The notes under the pieces: model-generated | Database searches by the model: none | Told to the model about the DNA's origin: nothing | Seen by the model: only the letters and a program-made list of their open reading frames with translations | Shown here: positions 1 through 10,800 of the stretch, piece by piece | How the letters are laid out: every line of letters begins with the position of its first letter | Numbering within the stretch: the stretch's first letter is position 1 | Assembly: GCF_016433145.1 (NCBI RefSeq) | Contig: NC_058130.1 | Coordinates: forward strand, 708,255,536 to 708,319,535 | Reading direction: 5' to 3' | Source of the DNA: Gracilinanus agilis | Lineage: Eukaryota | Length of the DNA stretch: 64,000 nucleotides | Made by a program: the position numbers and the translations under genes

Positions 1-38
1 GGCGCGGCCACCGGGGCCGGGCCAGTGCGGGCAGGCAT
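1..38 (-). CDS. DNMT1: DNA (cytosine-5)-methyltransferase 1, start of coding exon 1 (continues beyond the left edge of the window)
   Basis: Reverse complement of 38..1 reads ATG CCT GCC CGC ACT GGC CCG GCC CCG GTG GCC GCG = MPARTGPAPVAA, matching the DNMT1 N-terminus MPART(A)PA. It is preceded by CGAG-ATG as in human, sits in a CpG island, and lies in the expected position next to S1PR2. Confidence 0.85.
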   Translation of the reverse strand, partial: MPARTGPAPVAA

Positions 39-530
39 CTCGCGTGTCCGGGCGTGGAGCGGGGAACGGGGCCCGGGGGCGGAAGGGAGCCGGCTCCGGC
101 TGCGCAGGGGCTCGCGCGCGGACCGCCGGCTTTTCGCGCGGAAACCAGAACCGCCGAGAGGGGAGGGGGAAGGGGGAGCAGAGAAGGATGTACCAACTGA
201 GAGGGGGACGGCTGGCAGACGACGGGGCGGGGGCGCAGGAGCGACCATTCCGGGAAGGACTGTACCAAACGTAAAGTCGTGGAGGGGAGAAATTGGGAAT
301 GAAAGCCTCCGCCCCCTCCCTGATTCTCCTCCCCTCCCGGCACAGTCCCCTTCGCGCCCCGCCCCAAGCGGCGATGCAGGAGGAGTGGGGAGGAGGAGGT
401 CGGTGTGTGTCATCCCGTGGTGCCCGAGAGGAGAACGGAGCGGCCTGTACCATCGGCCGCGAAGTGGGAGGGGGAGAAGGAATGGACTAGCCCAACATAC
501 CTCTCGGGAACTCCGGGGCAAAAAGAAGTG
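1..530 (-). promoter_or_regulatory. DNMT1: DNMT1 CpG-island promoter with E2F site (TTTCGCGC, 132-139)
   Basis: CpG-dense segment around the DNMT1 ATG; TTTTCGCGCGGAAA at 131-144. Confidence 0.75.
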
Positions 531-3500
531 AGAAAGGGGGAGGCATCTATTAGACCCCAATGACTACCGAGAAGGATAGAAACTGGGGACCCAAGTCTGC
601 CTGTAGATGGAAACTGAATCTTGTCCACTGCTGCCTGCCTTTTCAACCCCTGCTTGAACTCTGCCTGTCTGCCTAGCCCCTGTCTGCAGTAAGCCTGTTT
701 GGTCATCCACGTCCTTCTGCCTTCGGGTCTTATCTATTCATTCATTCTGTCTTGTTAACCCCGACTGCAGTCAAATTGTATGCTCAGCCCCTGCACTTTG
801 TAATCTGCCTGTTTGGACAACCACTGCCTAGTCAAATGGTCTTTTCCAGCCATGCATTCTCATGCATTGTCTTGTTAACCCTGGACTCAACACTCAGCCT
901 GTCTTGTCCAGCCACTCACCCTGTGTTGACAGTCACTCCCCCTGAGAACCAAACTGTCAACCATTGCCTGACAGTGTCAATCAGCAGGTTTTAGAATCAA
1001 TACTAAGTATCCATTCTGACTACCTGTCAGTCAGCCTAACCTGTTAGTGTGTCTGTTTAGCATCAATCAACCTGTCTTATTCAGTCAGTGTAAGCATCAT
1101 AGAATCTTGGGATTTAGAGCTGGGAGAGACCTTAGAGATCATCTCTTCCATTTGGAGACAACAGAGGCGAGGCATCAAGGTCATTTTGTCCTATTAGGAT
1201 GTCAACCTGTCAGTATCAATCAGCCAGTGCAATTCATTAGTTCCTGTTGTCTGGGTGATGATGCTGGAAACCTAAGAGTCAGCAGGTCCCATAGTCTTGT
1301 TGCCACTGGTTATCTACCCCCTATTCTGTTAAACCTGTGGCTAAGGGTTCCTAAAATTACTAAGGGGAAAGCAGTAGTTGAGGAAGATACCTGGTCTGTA
1401 GGAAACATATTGATAAGCTAAAATACCCCAAAGATGAAGGGTTGACCTGGGTCCCCAAGGTGTTATTATTAGGCCTAATTTCTTCAAAAGCTCTGGGCTT
1501 AACTCTGAAATCTCCCATCCTGTAATCAATCCCTTTTCTCTTAATCAGGAAGGGAAAGGAAGGGAAGCTATCCATTAGTCTGGCATTCTAGGCAGTAACT
1601 GAGTTAACCCTGGAAAGGTTGTCCCTGCTTCATCTAGTTGGAAAAGAGGGTACAGAACTAGAAAAGGCTTCAAGCAAGCCTCAGAGTTTTCATTTTGAAC
1701 AATGCTTCCTGTTCCCAATTATAACCGCCTGCCATGTTCCCAAGGGTGGAGACAGAGTTCAGAAGTGGAACAGTAGAAAATCTGAGTCTCAGCCAAGCTA
1801 AGGTCAGACATAGTAGGAAACATACACTGCCAGTGAAACAGTGGTCAGTCAGCCAGGAGACCAGTGAAGCTGAGTCACTGACAATGCAGTGGTGTTAGTC
1901 ACCCACTCAGACTGGCAGCTTTACCAGGCTCCCAAAGGTAGAGGATGATAAATGTAAACAAGTCCTGGGGCCCAGAACTGCAGCACCTCCCCTTCTCAGC
2001 CTAATAGAACCAAGACGGAACCCAGACAAACTAACTTTCCGAGTGTCGGTTTGGTTTTTGCCTGACCTTGTCCCCACACCACTGACTCAGTTGACCAATA
2101 GAGATGAGTTTTGCATAAATTGATGCCCCAAGAGGCTCTCACTGAAATGCAGCAGAAAAAGTCAGCTGAAATACCTCCTTCTTACCTGCTAAACTGGGTA
2201 GTCTAGTCTTGTCTGGGGCCCAGAGAAGGCTCAAGAGGTGTGTGTATATGGAGGGGTGGGGGATAGGCTCAGGCTTTCTCACCTATCCCCAAACTATGAC
2301 ACAGGGTGTGGTCACAGACTTTCTCTAGAACATTTGGTATGCCTAATCAGCTCCCCACTTTATTCTGGGCTGGGTTTAAGAGAACCACTCCTTCCTCCAA
2401 AAAACTGGGGCAATTCTGGGTTAAAGAAAGTTGGCCCCAAAAGCCCTTTCCATCAGTAGGAGTTGGGTCAATGTTGCTGCCATTCTCCAGTGGGAGAAAT
2501 TGAGGGGAACTACAGAACACAATAGCCCATTTTAAAATGTGATCCAGGCTCCACATTTAAACATCTCTTCAAAATTCCCGCACCATAACCCCACCCAAAT
2601 GCCATGTAGGGTTGTGTCCGCTGGAGGAGCTGCTCCTAATACCTCTGGCCAAAAGCTCAAGTTTCTAAACAAATTGTCTCTCAGCTCTCTTTTTTCCTGG
2701 CCTTATGTGGGGTGGGAGGCCCTAGGAGGGGTTAGTCTAGATAGTGCGTCAGGCTAAGAGGGGACTGTGAGTGTCTTCCTGAAACTTGGCGCTTTTTGTG
2801 TCTACTTGTACTGGTCTTCTTTTCCTAAATGTACCATGTGTGTAAAATAGCATTGTGTATGCAGTACACTATGGGGCTCCTTTTTTCCTAAGCCTATATA
2901 TGGTATACTTGGAAATAAGAATGTATGTGTTTTCTCTCTTTTTTTTCCCTTCCACATATTTCTAAGAACCTTTCTTGAGTGTCTTTGGGTATATGTTGCT
3001 AAGTGTTAACAAAGAGGTAAAGATTCATGACCTGGAGAACTATTCTTCTCCCTCCCTCCTCCTCAACCCCTATCCCATCTAACCTGAATTCTGCAGAGGA
3101 AATCCATGGTTTACCCTTAGAAACTGCCCACTCTGTGCCCAGTGTAAATGGAAGGAGAAAAAGGAGTTTCCCTGGGACCCAAAAAGGAGATCTGGTTGAG
3201 GAGGGGTCCTGGAGAAGCCATTAACTCAAACCATAGCATTTGGAGCTTTTCTGCGTCTAGGGTGCAACTGGTAGCTTTTGCCTTCCTGTGGGAATGAGGA
3301 AGAGTTGTGATGGTAGTGGTGGTAGTGGTAGATGAGGAGAAGACTACTGCTCTTCTTTGTCCTTAGATAATGGCCAGTGTTGGTAGCTGGAGAGGGTGCT
3401 ACGAGGGTGCCTGGATACCTGGGTTCTCCTCAGCTGACCTTGGCAGAAGGGGAAGCCCCCTTGCTTCAGAGGGCAAAAGCTTTCTCCTAGAGGGGTGCTC

Positions 3501-5515
3501 TGCTAATGTGAGGAAGTGGGAAGGGAATCCGTCTCTTCAGGGAGTGGCCCCAACATGTGTCCAACCAGCCTCCTAAGAACATGATGTTCCTGACTTTCTT
3601 GAATGTCCATGCAACTCCCCTGTCTTGCTGATGAAACCATATGGAAAAGTCCCTGGACAGCAGTAAATGGTGGGGATCAATAAATCATTACGGCGTTCTT
3701 AGAAGGGGTGGCTACCCTGATCCAAAGGACAACCCTGTGGGTGGGTCTGTTAAAGCCTTTTTGCTCTTAGAAGCCTCTGAGATCCAGTCTTTGGAGTATG
3801 GGGAGGGACCTGGCAGGAGCAAGAGAAGAGGAGGGTTTCTAGGGCAGCAGAGTCAACAAGTCAACAACTCTAATGGGGAGATGGAGAAGAAAGGCAGGCT
3901 GAGGGTAGGAGGGGCCTCTTCTGCTTAGCCAATAACCCCTGAATGGGGTTGTGGGGATACTCCTCAAAGCCTGGAGGAAAAAAGTGTTATCCACCCTTGG
4001 TGTCAACAGGACCCAAGCAGAAGACAGTGCTGAAAGTGGAGACACTGAGAGAAGTCAAACTGAACCATTTAATCAGCCCAAGGTCAGAGTCAGAGGAAAG
4101 GGAGAGGCATGTGGGATTTCCCAAGAAGGCAGACATATAATGGGATCTGTCACTGTCCCTTCCTTTTATCTTTATTGCAGTTGTCTTTGGCAACAAAAAG
4201 TCTCCTCTCAAGAGTTCCATGAGGATCCATTTGCCCTCTTAGCAGACAATAGGCAGCATGTGAGATCCCTGCCCCTCCCCACCTCCAATGGGAATGGCTT
4301 CCCAAGTCATTCCACATGAAGCATTAGGGCCGGAAGGAGAGGGTTGCTTCCCCCCTCCCCTTGAGTTACTTCAACAAAGACCGGAGGAACAAAAATGTGG
4401 AACATCCAAACTATAAGTCACAGAGGAAAAACAAGGTGTGGAGAGGTGAGAGAGGAGTGGAGACACATATACATACACGTCCTGAAGCACAGGCACTCAG
4501 ACATAAATATACATTTTCATTTGTACCGTTCGGTTGCCTTTCCTCCACAGGACTCCAGGTCTTCTCTGAGGAGGTGACGATGGGGGGGGTAGCAGCCCTA
4601 TGGCTTTTATTCTTCCAACTCCCATTCAATATAACTTGAACTGGGTAAAAGCCAGGTCTGGTAGGATTAGAGGCCTCACAAAGGATGGATAGATAGGGAG
4701 GGAAACTGGGTTAGGGGAAGGAAGATAGAGCTTGGGGCCCAAGGTGGGAGTAGGATATAATCCTCCTAAGAGTTAACTCCAGCTTCTTTTGAACCCTAAT
4801 CTCCGGTGTCTGGAATATTCCCCAAACTGATCTAGCCAGTGGGGGGACCAGAAGACCTCTGCAGGGGAACCTGGCTCCTGGGAGGAGACCTTCATCAGAC
4901 TGGCCTCCACCCTGTTCCCCCAATCCTCCATATCAAGTTTTTGGGGCCTCAGTGCCTTCTCTATCTAGTCTCCGCCTCCAACAGTGTACTTCGCCACTGA
5001 AGTACAAAACTGGGGCTCGTTAGCCCTCCCCTTTCCCATCCTGTGATTTCCCAGCATGTGGTTGGGTGAGGAAAGGAAGGAGTATAACTGTCGTCAGCTG
5101 TTAAGATTTGGGGAAGCTGCGGGCTTGTACAGTTGGCAGAACACTGAGGGAAGAGTCCCTGAACCCTCTGGAAATTAGAAGATAAAGGTGGAAATTAAAG
5201 GCATTAGATATTTGCACAAGTATGTAGGAGTGAGAAAGGTAAGGTGTCTACAGGGGTAGTGCCTTGGCCTCTCATACCTCTTGAACATCAAGTTCATCCA
5301 CAGGATTCCAAAGAACATCAAGTTCAAAATAAAGTAAAAATAAAAATAAAAAAAAAGAATATCAGGTTCTTTGGGAAAGAGCAGTTTGCCCCTCTTCTCA
5401 TCCCCAGACTTCCAGAGGGTTCTAACAGCCCCAAATAATCATTCCTCCCACATAGTTACCAGTATGCCCTCTAAGAAGACCTCCTTCTGAGCCTACAGTC
5501 ATACACACACCACCT

Positions 5516-6568
5516 TCACACCACTGTGTTTCCTTCCATAAATGTAGGTGATGTGGGCATCTGCGTGCCACGCTCCAGGGAGCTTGAGCTTCGAAGGGGC
5601 AAGAGGCAGCGCCCTGGGGTCCCTCCACGGGCCTGTTGGGCTCGCTGCTCCCAACAGCACAGGGGCCGAAACACCTCCCTCCGAAGGTCCCTGCTTCGCC
5701 ATGTGTAGATGACAGGGTTGAGCAGGGAATTGAACATGGCAAAGAAAAAGAAGTAGTGGGCTTTGTAGAGTATGGGACAGGCACGGACAGGGCAGGAGGT
5801 GTCCAGCAGGAGTACAATGAAGGCTGGCAGCCAACAAACAATGAAGACACCCAACACAATGGTCACTGTCTTCAGCAATGCCAAGGTATGTGGTACAGCC
5901 ACCTCAGCATGGCTAGAACGCACCACACAGTAGATGCGTACATAGAGGGCAACTATGGCCAGCAAGATGGCAGTGAACACAGTCACAACAAAGAGCACGT
6001 AGGACTTGGCGTAGAGCGGCAGCACTGTAGAGCAGGCATCCAGATGACCAAGGCAGTTCCAACCAAGGATGGGTAGACCCCCCAGGGCCACGGAGATGAC
6101 CCAGCAAGCCCCAATCAACAACAACATCCGGAAGCTCTTGTCACTACCATACACCTTCACTTTTGTGATAGCCACATGCCGCTCGATGGCAATGGCCAAT
6201 AGGCTGAAGACTGAGGCAGAAAGTGCAATGAAGGCTGAGCCCTCTCGAGCAAACCAGAACACAGGGGTCAGCTGCAGTGTTCGGGGGCCGGACAGCAGAG
6301 TATTGGCCATAAAAGCTACGCCAGCCAGCAGATCTGAGGCTGCCAAGTTGCCCAGGAACAAGTACATGGCTGAATGAAACTTGCTGTTCCGAGCAACAGC
6401 CACCAATACCAGCAGGTTCTCCAGGATGATGGCACAGCAAACCAGGACAATGAAGACAGAGAAAGCCTGACGGGATGATGTATCTGGGGTTACAAGAGTC
6501 TCTTTGGTGAAGTTGTAGTGTTCAAATACCTTGTCGGGATTCAGGTAATCTTCATAAGGGCTGCCCAT
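5516..6568 (-). CDS. S1PR2: Sphingosine-1-phosphate receptor 2 (EDG5), single coding exon, 350 aa
   Basis: MGSPYEDYLNPDKVFEHYNFTKET start in GCCATGG context at 6568. Seven TM helices, FAREGS ligand residues, IERH, NPVIY and C-terminal RSSSSLERG...SPTFMEGNTVV typical of S1PR2. Exon 2 acceptor TTTTCTTTTCTCTAG ends at 6676. Confidence 0.98.
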   Translation of the reverse strand: MGSPYEDYLNPDKVFEHYNFTKETLVTPDTSSRQAFSVFIVLVCCAIILENLLVLVAVARNSKFHSAMYLFLGNLAASDLLAGVAFMANTLLSGPRTLQLTPVFWFAREGSAFIALSASVFSLLAIAIERHVAITKVKVYGSDKSFRMLLLIGACWVISVALGGLPILGWNCLGHLDACSTVLPLYAKSYVLFVVTVFTAILLAIVALYVRIYCVVRSSHAEVAVPHTLALLKTVTIVLGVFIVCWLPAFIVLLLDTSCPVRACPILYKAHYFFFFAMFNSLLNPVIYTWRSRDLRREVFRPLCCWEQRAQQARGGTPGRCLLPLRSSSSLERGTQMPTSPTFMEGNTVV

Positions 6569-7161
6569 GGCCAGCCCCCAGCTGGGATGGGGTGTTGTCC
6601 CAGACCCTACTCCCACCCCCCCACCAAAAGCCAGATGGGACTCAGCAATCACTTGAAGCCATGGGGTTGTGAGAGCTAGAGAAAAGAAAATACAAATCAG
6701 TCAGCAACTTGAAGGAACTTGGGGGGTGAGGGGAATGGGGAAGGGCTTTTGCTTTTAGCTTTTGCTACCCAAAGTCATAAGTGGTGACATGTTCTTGGCC
6801 TCAGAGAGTAGACGTGGTACATCCCCGCTTCCCCTCAGCCCCCAGGAACAGTGACCTGTGCTCCCAGACACTCTGCCCAGGGACCCATCATCAGGGAAGA
6901 TCCTCATGGTCCAAATGTGGTCTAAGGGATTCAGGGTGGGGTCAAACAGACCAGGACAGATTTTCAGTATCCCCCAAATGTGCATCTTACTTAATTCCAC
7001 TTCTCAACTTTCATTCCTCATCATTTCCCATCTGTTCTCTTTCCATCAAAACTTAGTTCAAAGTTTGACCCTGCAGGACACCCATACTTGATTCCTCTTC
7101 TCTTTTCCCTCAATCCCTATAGACTTCAATCTGTACCATGTCCATTAGTACTTACATAGTC

Positions 7162-7372
7162 TTTTTTTTTTTAATTTTTATTTTTTTTATTATTTTAAAC
7201 CCTTAACTTCTGCGTATTGACTTATAGGCGAAAGAGTGGTAAGGGTAGGCAATGGGGGTCAAGTGACTTGCCCAGGGTCACACAGCTGGGAAGTGTCTGA
7301 GGTCAGATTTGAACCTAGGACCTCCAGTCTCTAGGCCTGGCTCTCAATCCACTGAGCTACCCAGCTGCCCCC
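7162..7372 (-). mobile_element. Full-length opossum-type SINE1 with 17-bp target-site duplication
   Basis: tRNA-like head GGGGCAGCTGGGTAGCTCAGTGGATTGAGAG on the minus strand and A-rich tail. TSD TACTTACATAGTCTTTT at 7149-7165 and 7373-7389. Confidence 0.9.
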
Positions 7373-7755
7373 TACTTACATAGTCTTTTGCTGTTTTGTG
7401 TACTCTGGGTATTTTACCAAACTCAATGTCCTCACCAAAATTATGAGCTACCTATAGATATGATCTTTCTCTTTATCCTCTTCCCAAAGTACCCAGGTCT
7501 GGGCTTTTGCACAGTGGAAGTATGGACCACGGTGCCCCTTATCTGCCAGAGACAGGGTGATATTGGGCTAATAGCACTCTTATTACTGGTCACCTTTGTT
7601 ACCTGCTCCCCATCATTTCCCAGTTGGGGTTACAGCCTCATAACCTTAAATACCCCCATGATAAGCATCAGGATGACTGCAGGTGGGCAGAAGAGAGGCT
7701 AGAGCCAGGCTGAACCCTGGAACAGCCACCCATGTTCTTTTCAAAGGCTATTCTA

Positions 7756-7844
7756 GGGGCAGCTAGGTAGCTCAGTGGATTGAGAGTCAGGCCCAGAGAC
7801 TGGATGTCCTGGGTTCAAATCTGGTCTTAGACACTTCCTAGCTA
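7756..7844 (+). mobile_element. SINE1, 3'-truncated
   Basis: GGGGCAGCTAGGTAGCTCAGTGGATTGAGAGTCAGG head and GGTTCAAAT B-box. Confidence 0.75.
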
Positions 7845-10800
7845 TTCTATCCCTTACTCCCTTTTCCTGGACCCTCCAGACCAAGCACTTGAGCTCATCC
7901 ATGCCCTTCTCTCTGTGAAACTTCTCTGAAGCTCAGAATGATGGCCCACCCCCAAGCTTGAGGGAGTCTGGTGGCAAGGACTTCCCTCTGGCCTTAGAAG
8001 GGAACTCTGATCTAAGCCAGGGACATACGCCTTGTCCAGTCTTGTGCCTTGTCCAATCTTGTGCATTAGGGGGATGGGGATAAGGGGCTGAGTCAGGGAG
8101 GAGACAGCTCTTTCTCAAAAACAGCTCTTTGTCATGAGCAGGATGGGGGTTGGGGTAAGCTCAGACAGGGTGTCCCAGGAGGGTAGGCAGGAGGGGGTGG
8201 ACCCCTGTGCTGAGATATAATCCAGATGTGCAAGGCCTCTGGATTGGGGTGGAGCCCATGCTCCAGTCATATCCGGTCCAGGGAGCTGAGGAGGGAGAGA
8301 AGACTGGGGGGATGGGCAGCATGAGAAAGACCATAGGGGGTGGGGGAGACTAGAGAACAAGTTGAGGGGAGTGTCCAGCCTTCAAAGGAGGCTTCCAGCT
8401 TCCAAACTCAGCAAATGGAGACTGAGCTGGGATGGAGAAGAAGAGATGTATGTCAGGGACTGTATGGCCGGATTCTTGTAGAAATAGATATTATAAGGCC
8501 CCTGGTCCAACTTGAGACAAAAAGGGGCCTCTCCTAGGTTGCACAGGTAGGGAAAAAGAGTCTCTCTATAGAGAAAGGCTCCCTAGTTCATCCAGTTTCA
8601 TGCTCCCAGTCCGACCAGCCTCTCCCAGGTATCCCGCCCTTCTCCCCACCCCCACCCACTCAACTCCTCTCATCTCAATAGGTTCTAATCTACATCCTAG
8701 TGGCCTGCCCTTATGGGCTGGAGTGGCCCCCATGGAGCACTGGATCAAAGTGGCAGGGAACCCACTCCCCCAAACTCCATCATAACAACAAACAGGAGCC
8801 TCTCCCATCTTAGGCAAACCCACAATGCCCTTCCCAAAGCCAACCTATCTGTCCTAGCCCCTGAAACTGCAGCCCTGGCCCCGAAAGACAATACCTACCT
8901 CTGGGCCTGGGACTTTATCTTGGGTGGGTCCCTGTACTTTCATACTAGTGCTGCTCTCTGGATGCTCCTAGGAACCCCTTGAACTGAGATTTCCCCACAC
9001 TGTCCAGCCTCAGGGATAAGCTACACCCAAGACGGAGGGTCTGGTCCCGCATGGTTGCTTTGGCTCTGGGCCTGGTTCTCTGCCGCCTGGAATGGGGAGG
9101 GGGGGAAATCTGAGGCAGGAGAGAGGGCATCCGTCCTGGTTTGGAAACAGAGGAGGATTTGTCTGTCTCCCTCCCAGGACTGTCACCCTGCCCAGCTAGG
9201 CTGACAGAGGCCCCTTGTTCCTGGGACTCGACCTCAGGTTCCATGACGCCCTCTGCCTGATGGAGTTCAATCACGGGAGGCAACTCTTTGCTGCAGCCCA
9301 AGTCCCTCAGTCCAGGACAGCACACGCCTGACTGGTTTAAAGCCTGTAAAGAACTGCAACTATCAGGTTATTTCTTAGCAGGAGGGAGGCCTAGTGCTTG
9401 ACCATTTCCCTTTTCAGAAACTTTATTGGTGCACACAAAATCCCTGGAAGTCCAACAGGTGACAGGGTCCCCCTGAACTCTTGAACTGATTCTTTGGCTA
9501 TATTAGGAAGGCAGAAGGAAAACTTGATTTCCTTTGAAGAGTGAATTAATGTCAACTGTAGAACTCAGGTTGGATAGAATCCAGACAATGACTAAAAAGA
9601 CCCAAACCTTCTAGGACTGTAGCCTTCTCAGATCCCCTCTCTATACAGGGTCACTAAATAACCATTAAAAGTTCTACCTCAATGAATGCTCAATCTTACT
9701 AGTTGTTTTTACTGTCTACTGGGTTCTCTCCTTCCAGGTGTAATGGATCGCAATGGTTTCAGTTTCCATGTGAAGAAGGGTGATAAGAGAGGGAGGGACC
9801 AATGCCACTACAGCTTGCAGATGACCACAGCTAACCACTTCCCCCAGGTCCCACCCCTCAGGTCCAAAGACTGATTGATAGCTGATTTCGGAAAGAAGAA
9901 ACTCATCAGTCAACTGGTCAGTAGATTCCTCCTCTTTCCTGCTCCCAAATAACTAGGGAGTTTTCGATATAGGAGGAAGTCTGAGCCTGCCCTAAACATA
10001 GCCCAGGCCTCCTAGCACCAGTTCTCGAATTCCCATTGCTCTTCTGGTCCACTCCAGAAGTGAGTTAATCAGCTTTGAGGACAGGGTGAGTAGGAGACCC
10101 ATCGGGGAGAGGAGTCCCAGATAGGTAAACTGATGCACTGGCCCTCTGTATCTCCACAACTTTAGAGAAGATACATCCTCCAGTCAGTTAGCCCTTCCTT
10201 TCCCCAAGACTCAACAGAAGTCTCTGGGCAAAAGTTAACCCAGGCTTAGCCTGGACCGGCAGTAGAATTCAAGTTCGATTCCTGCCTAGCTATTTTCCCA
10301 GCCCCAGCACCCTTTCTGCTAGAGCCAAGCCTGGCTTGGCAAGAGTTAAAACCCTTCCAAGGCTCCGGAAATCGCCAGACCCAAAATGGAATGAGGGGCC
10401 AGGGGGGCAGATGGAGTGCAGCCTAGTGAGGAGGGAAGCAAAGAGAAAAGTACAAACTCTAGGTCTGAACTCATTTGCAATAGAAAGCTCATGCAAGGAG
10501 AGCCGGAGGCAAGTGCCACCAGTAGGGGAGAGAGAAGGGGAGAGGTAGCCATACCTCCTTTCCCCGTCCCCCAATCCGGGTCAGCTCCACAAACCCAAGT
10601 CAAGTGGACAAACTGCTAAGCACATCTTGGCCTTTCCTATTCTAAATCTGTGTCTAGCCTAAGGGACTGGCTACTGCACCTGCCACCGGGCACCAGGCTC
10701 AACACATTAGGAGGCGCCACTGGAAAAGGCCCATTAGGACAAGGGGAGATGCTTATCTCCCTCTCAGGATGCAGACGGCCATTCCCAGAGCACCCAGACA

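Noticed and set aside
25-531. 168-aa plus-strand ORF (and similar ORFs at 12019-12968 and 48614-49534)
   Set aside because: Low-complexity Arg/Gly/Pro-rich frames expected in CpG islands; no recognisable domain, and they overlap promoters.
2259-2290. 9-bp hairpin GGGGATAGG/CCTATCCCC
   Set aside because: Too short to exceed chance in 64 kb; no miRNA-like extended stem.
3000-4320. Protein-like short ORFs (3641-3928, 3943-4140, 3951-4319) suggesting a processed pseudogene
   Set aside because: I could not match them to any family, and there is no poly(A) or TSD. BLASTX would settle it.
5636-6076. 146-aa plus-strand ORF opposite S1PR2
   Set aside because: Antisense shadow of a coding sequence; no independent evidence.
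6569-6652. 28-residue N-terminal extension of S1PR2 (MIAESH...) in the ORF track
   Set aside because: It begins at GTG, not ATG; homology and a strong Kozak context start at 6568.
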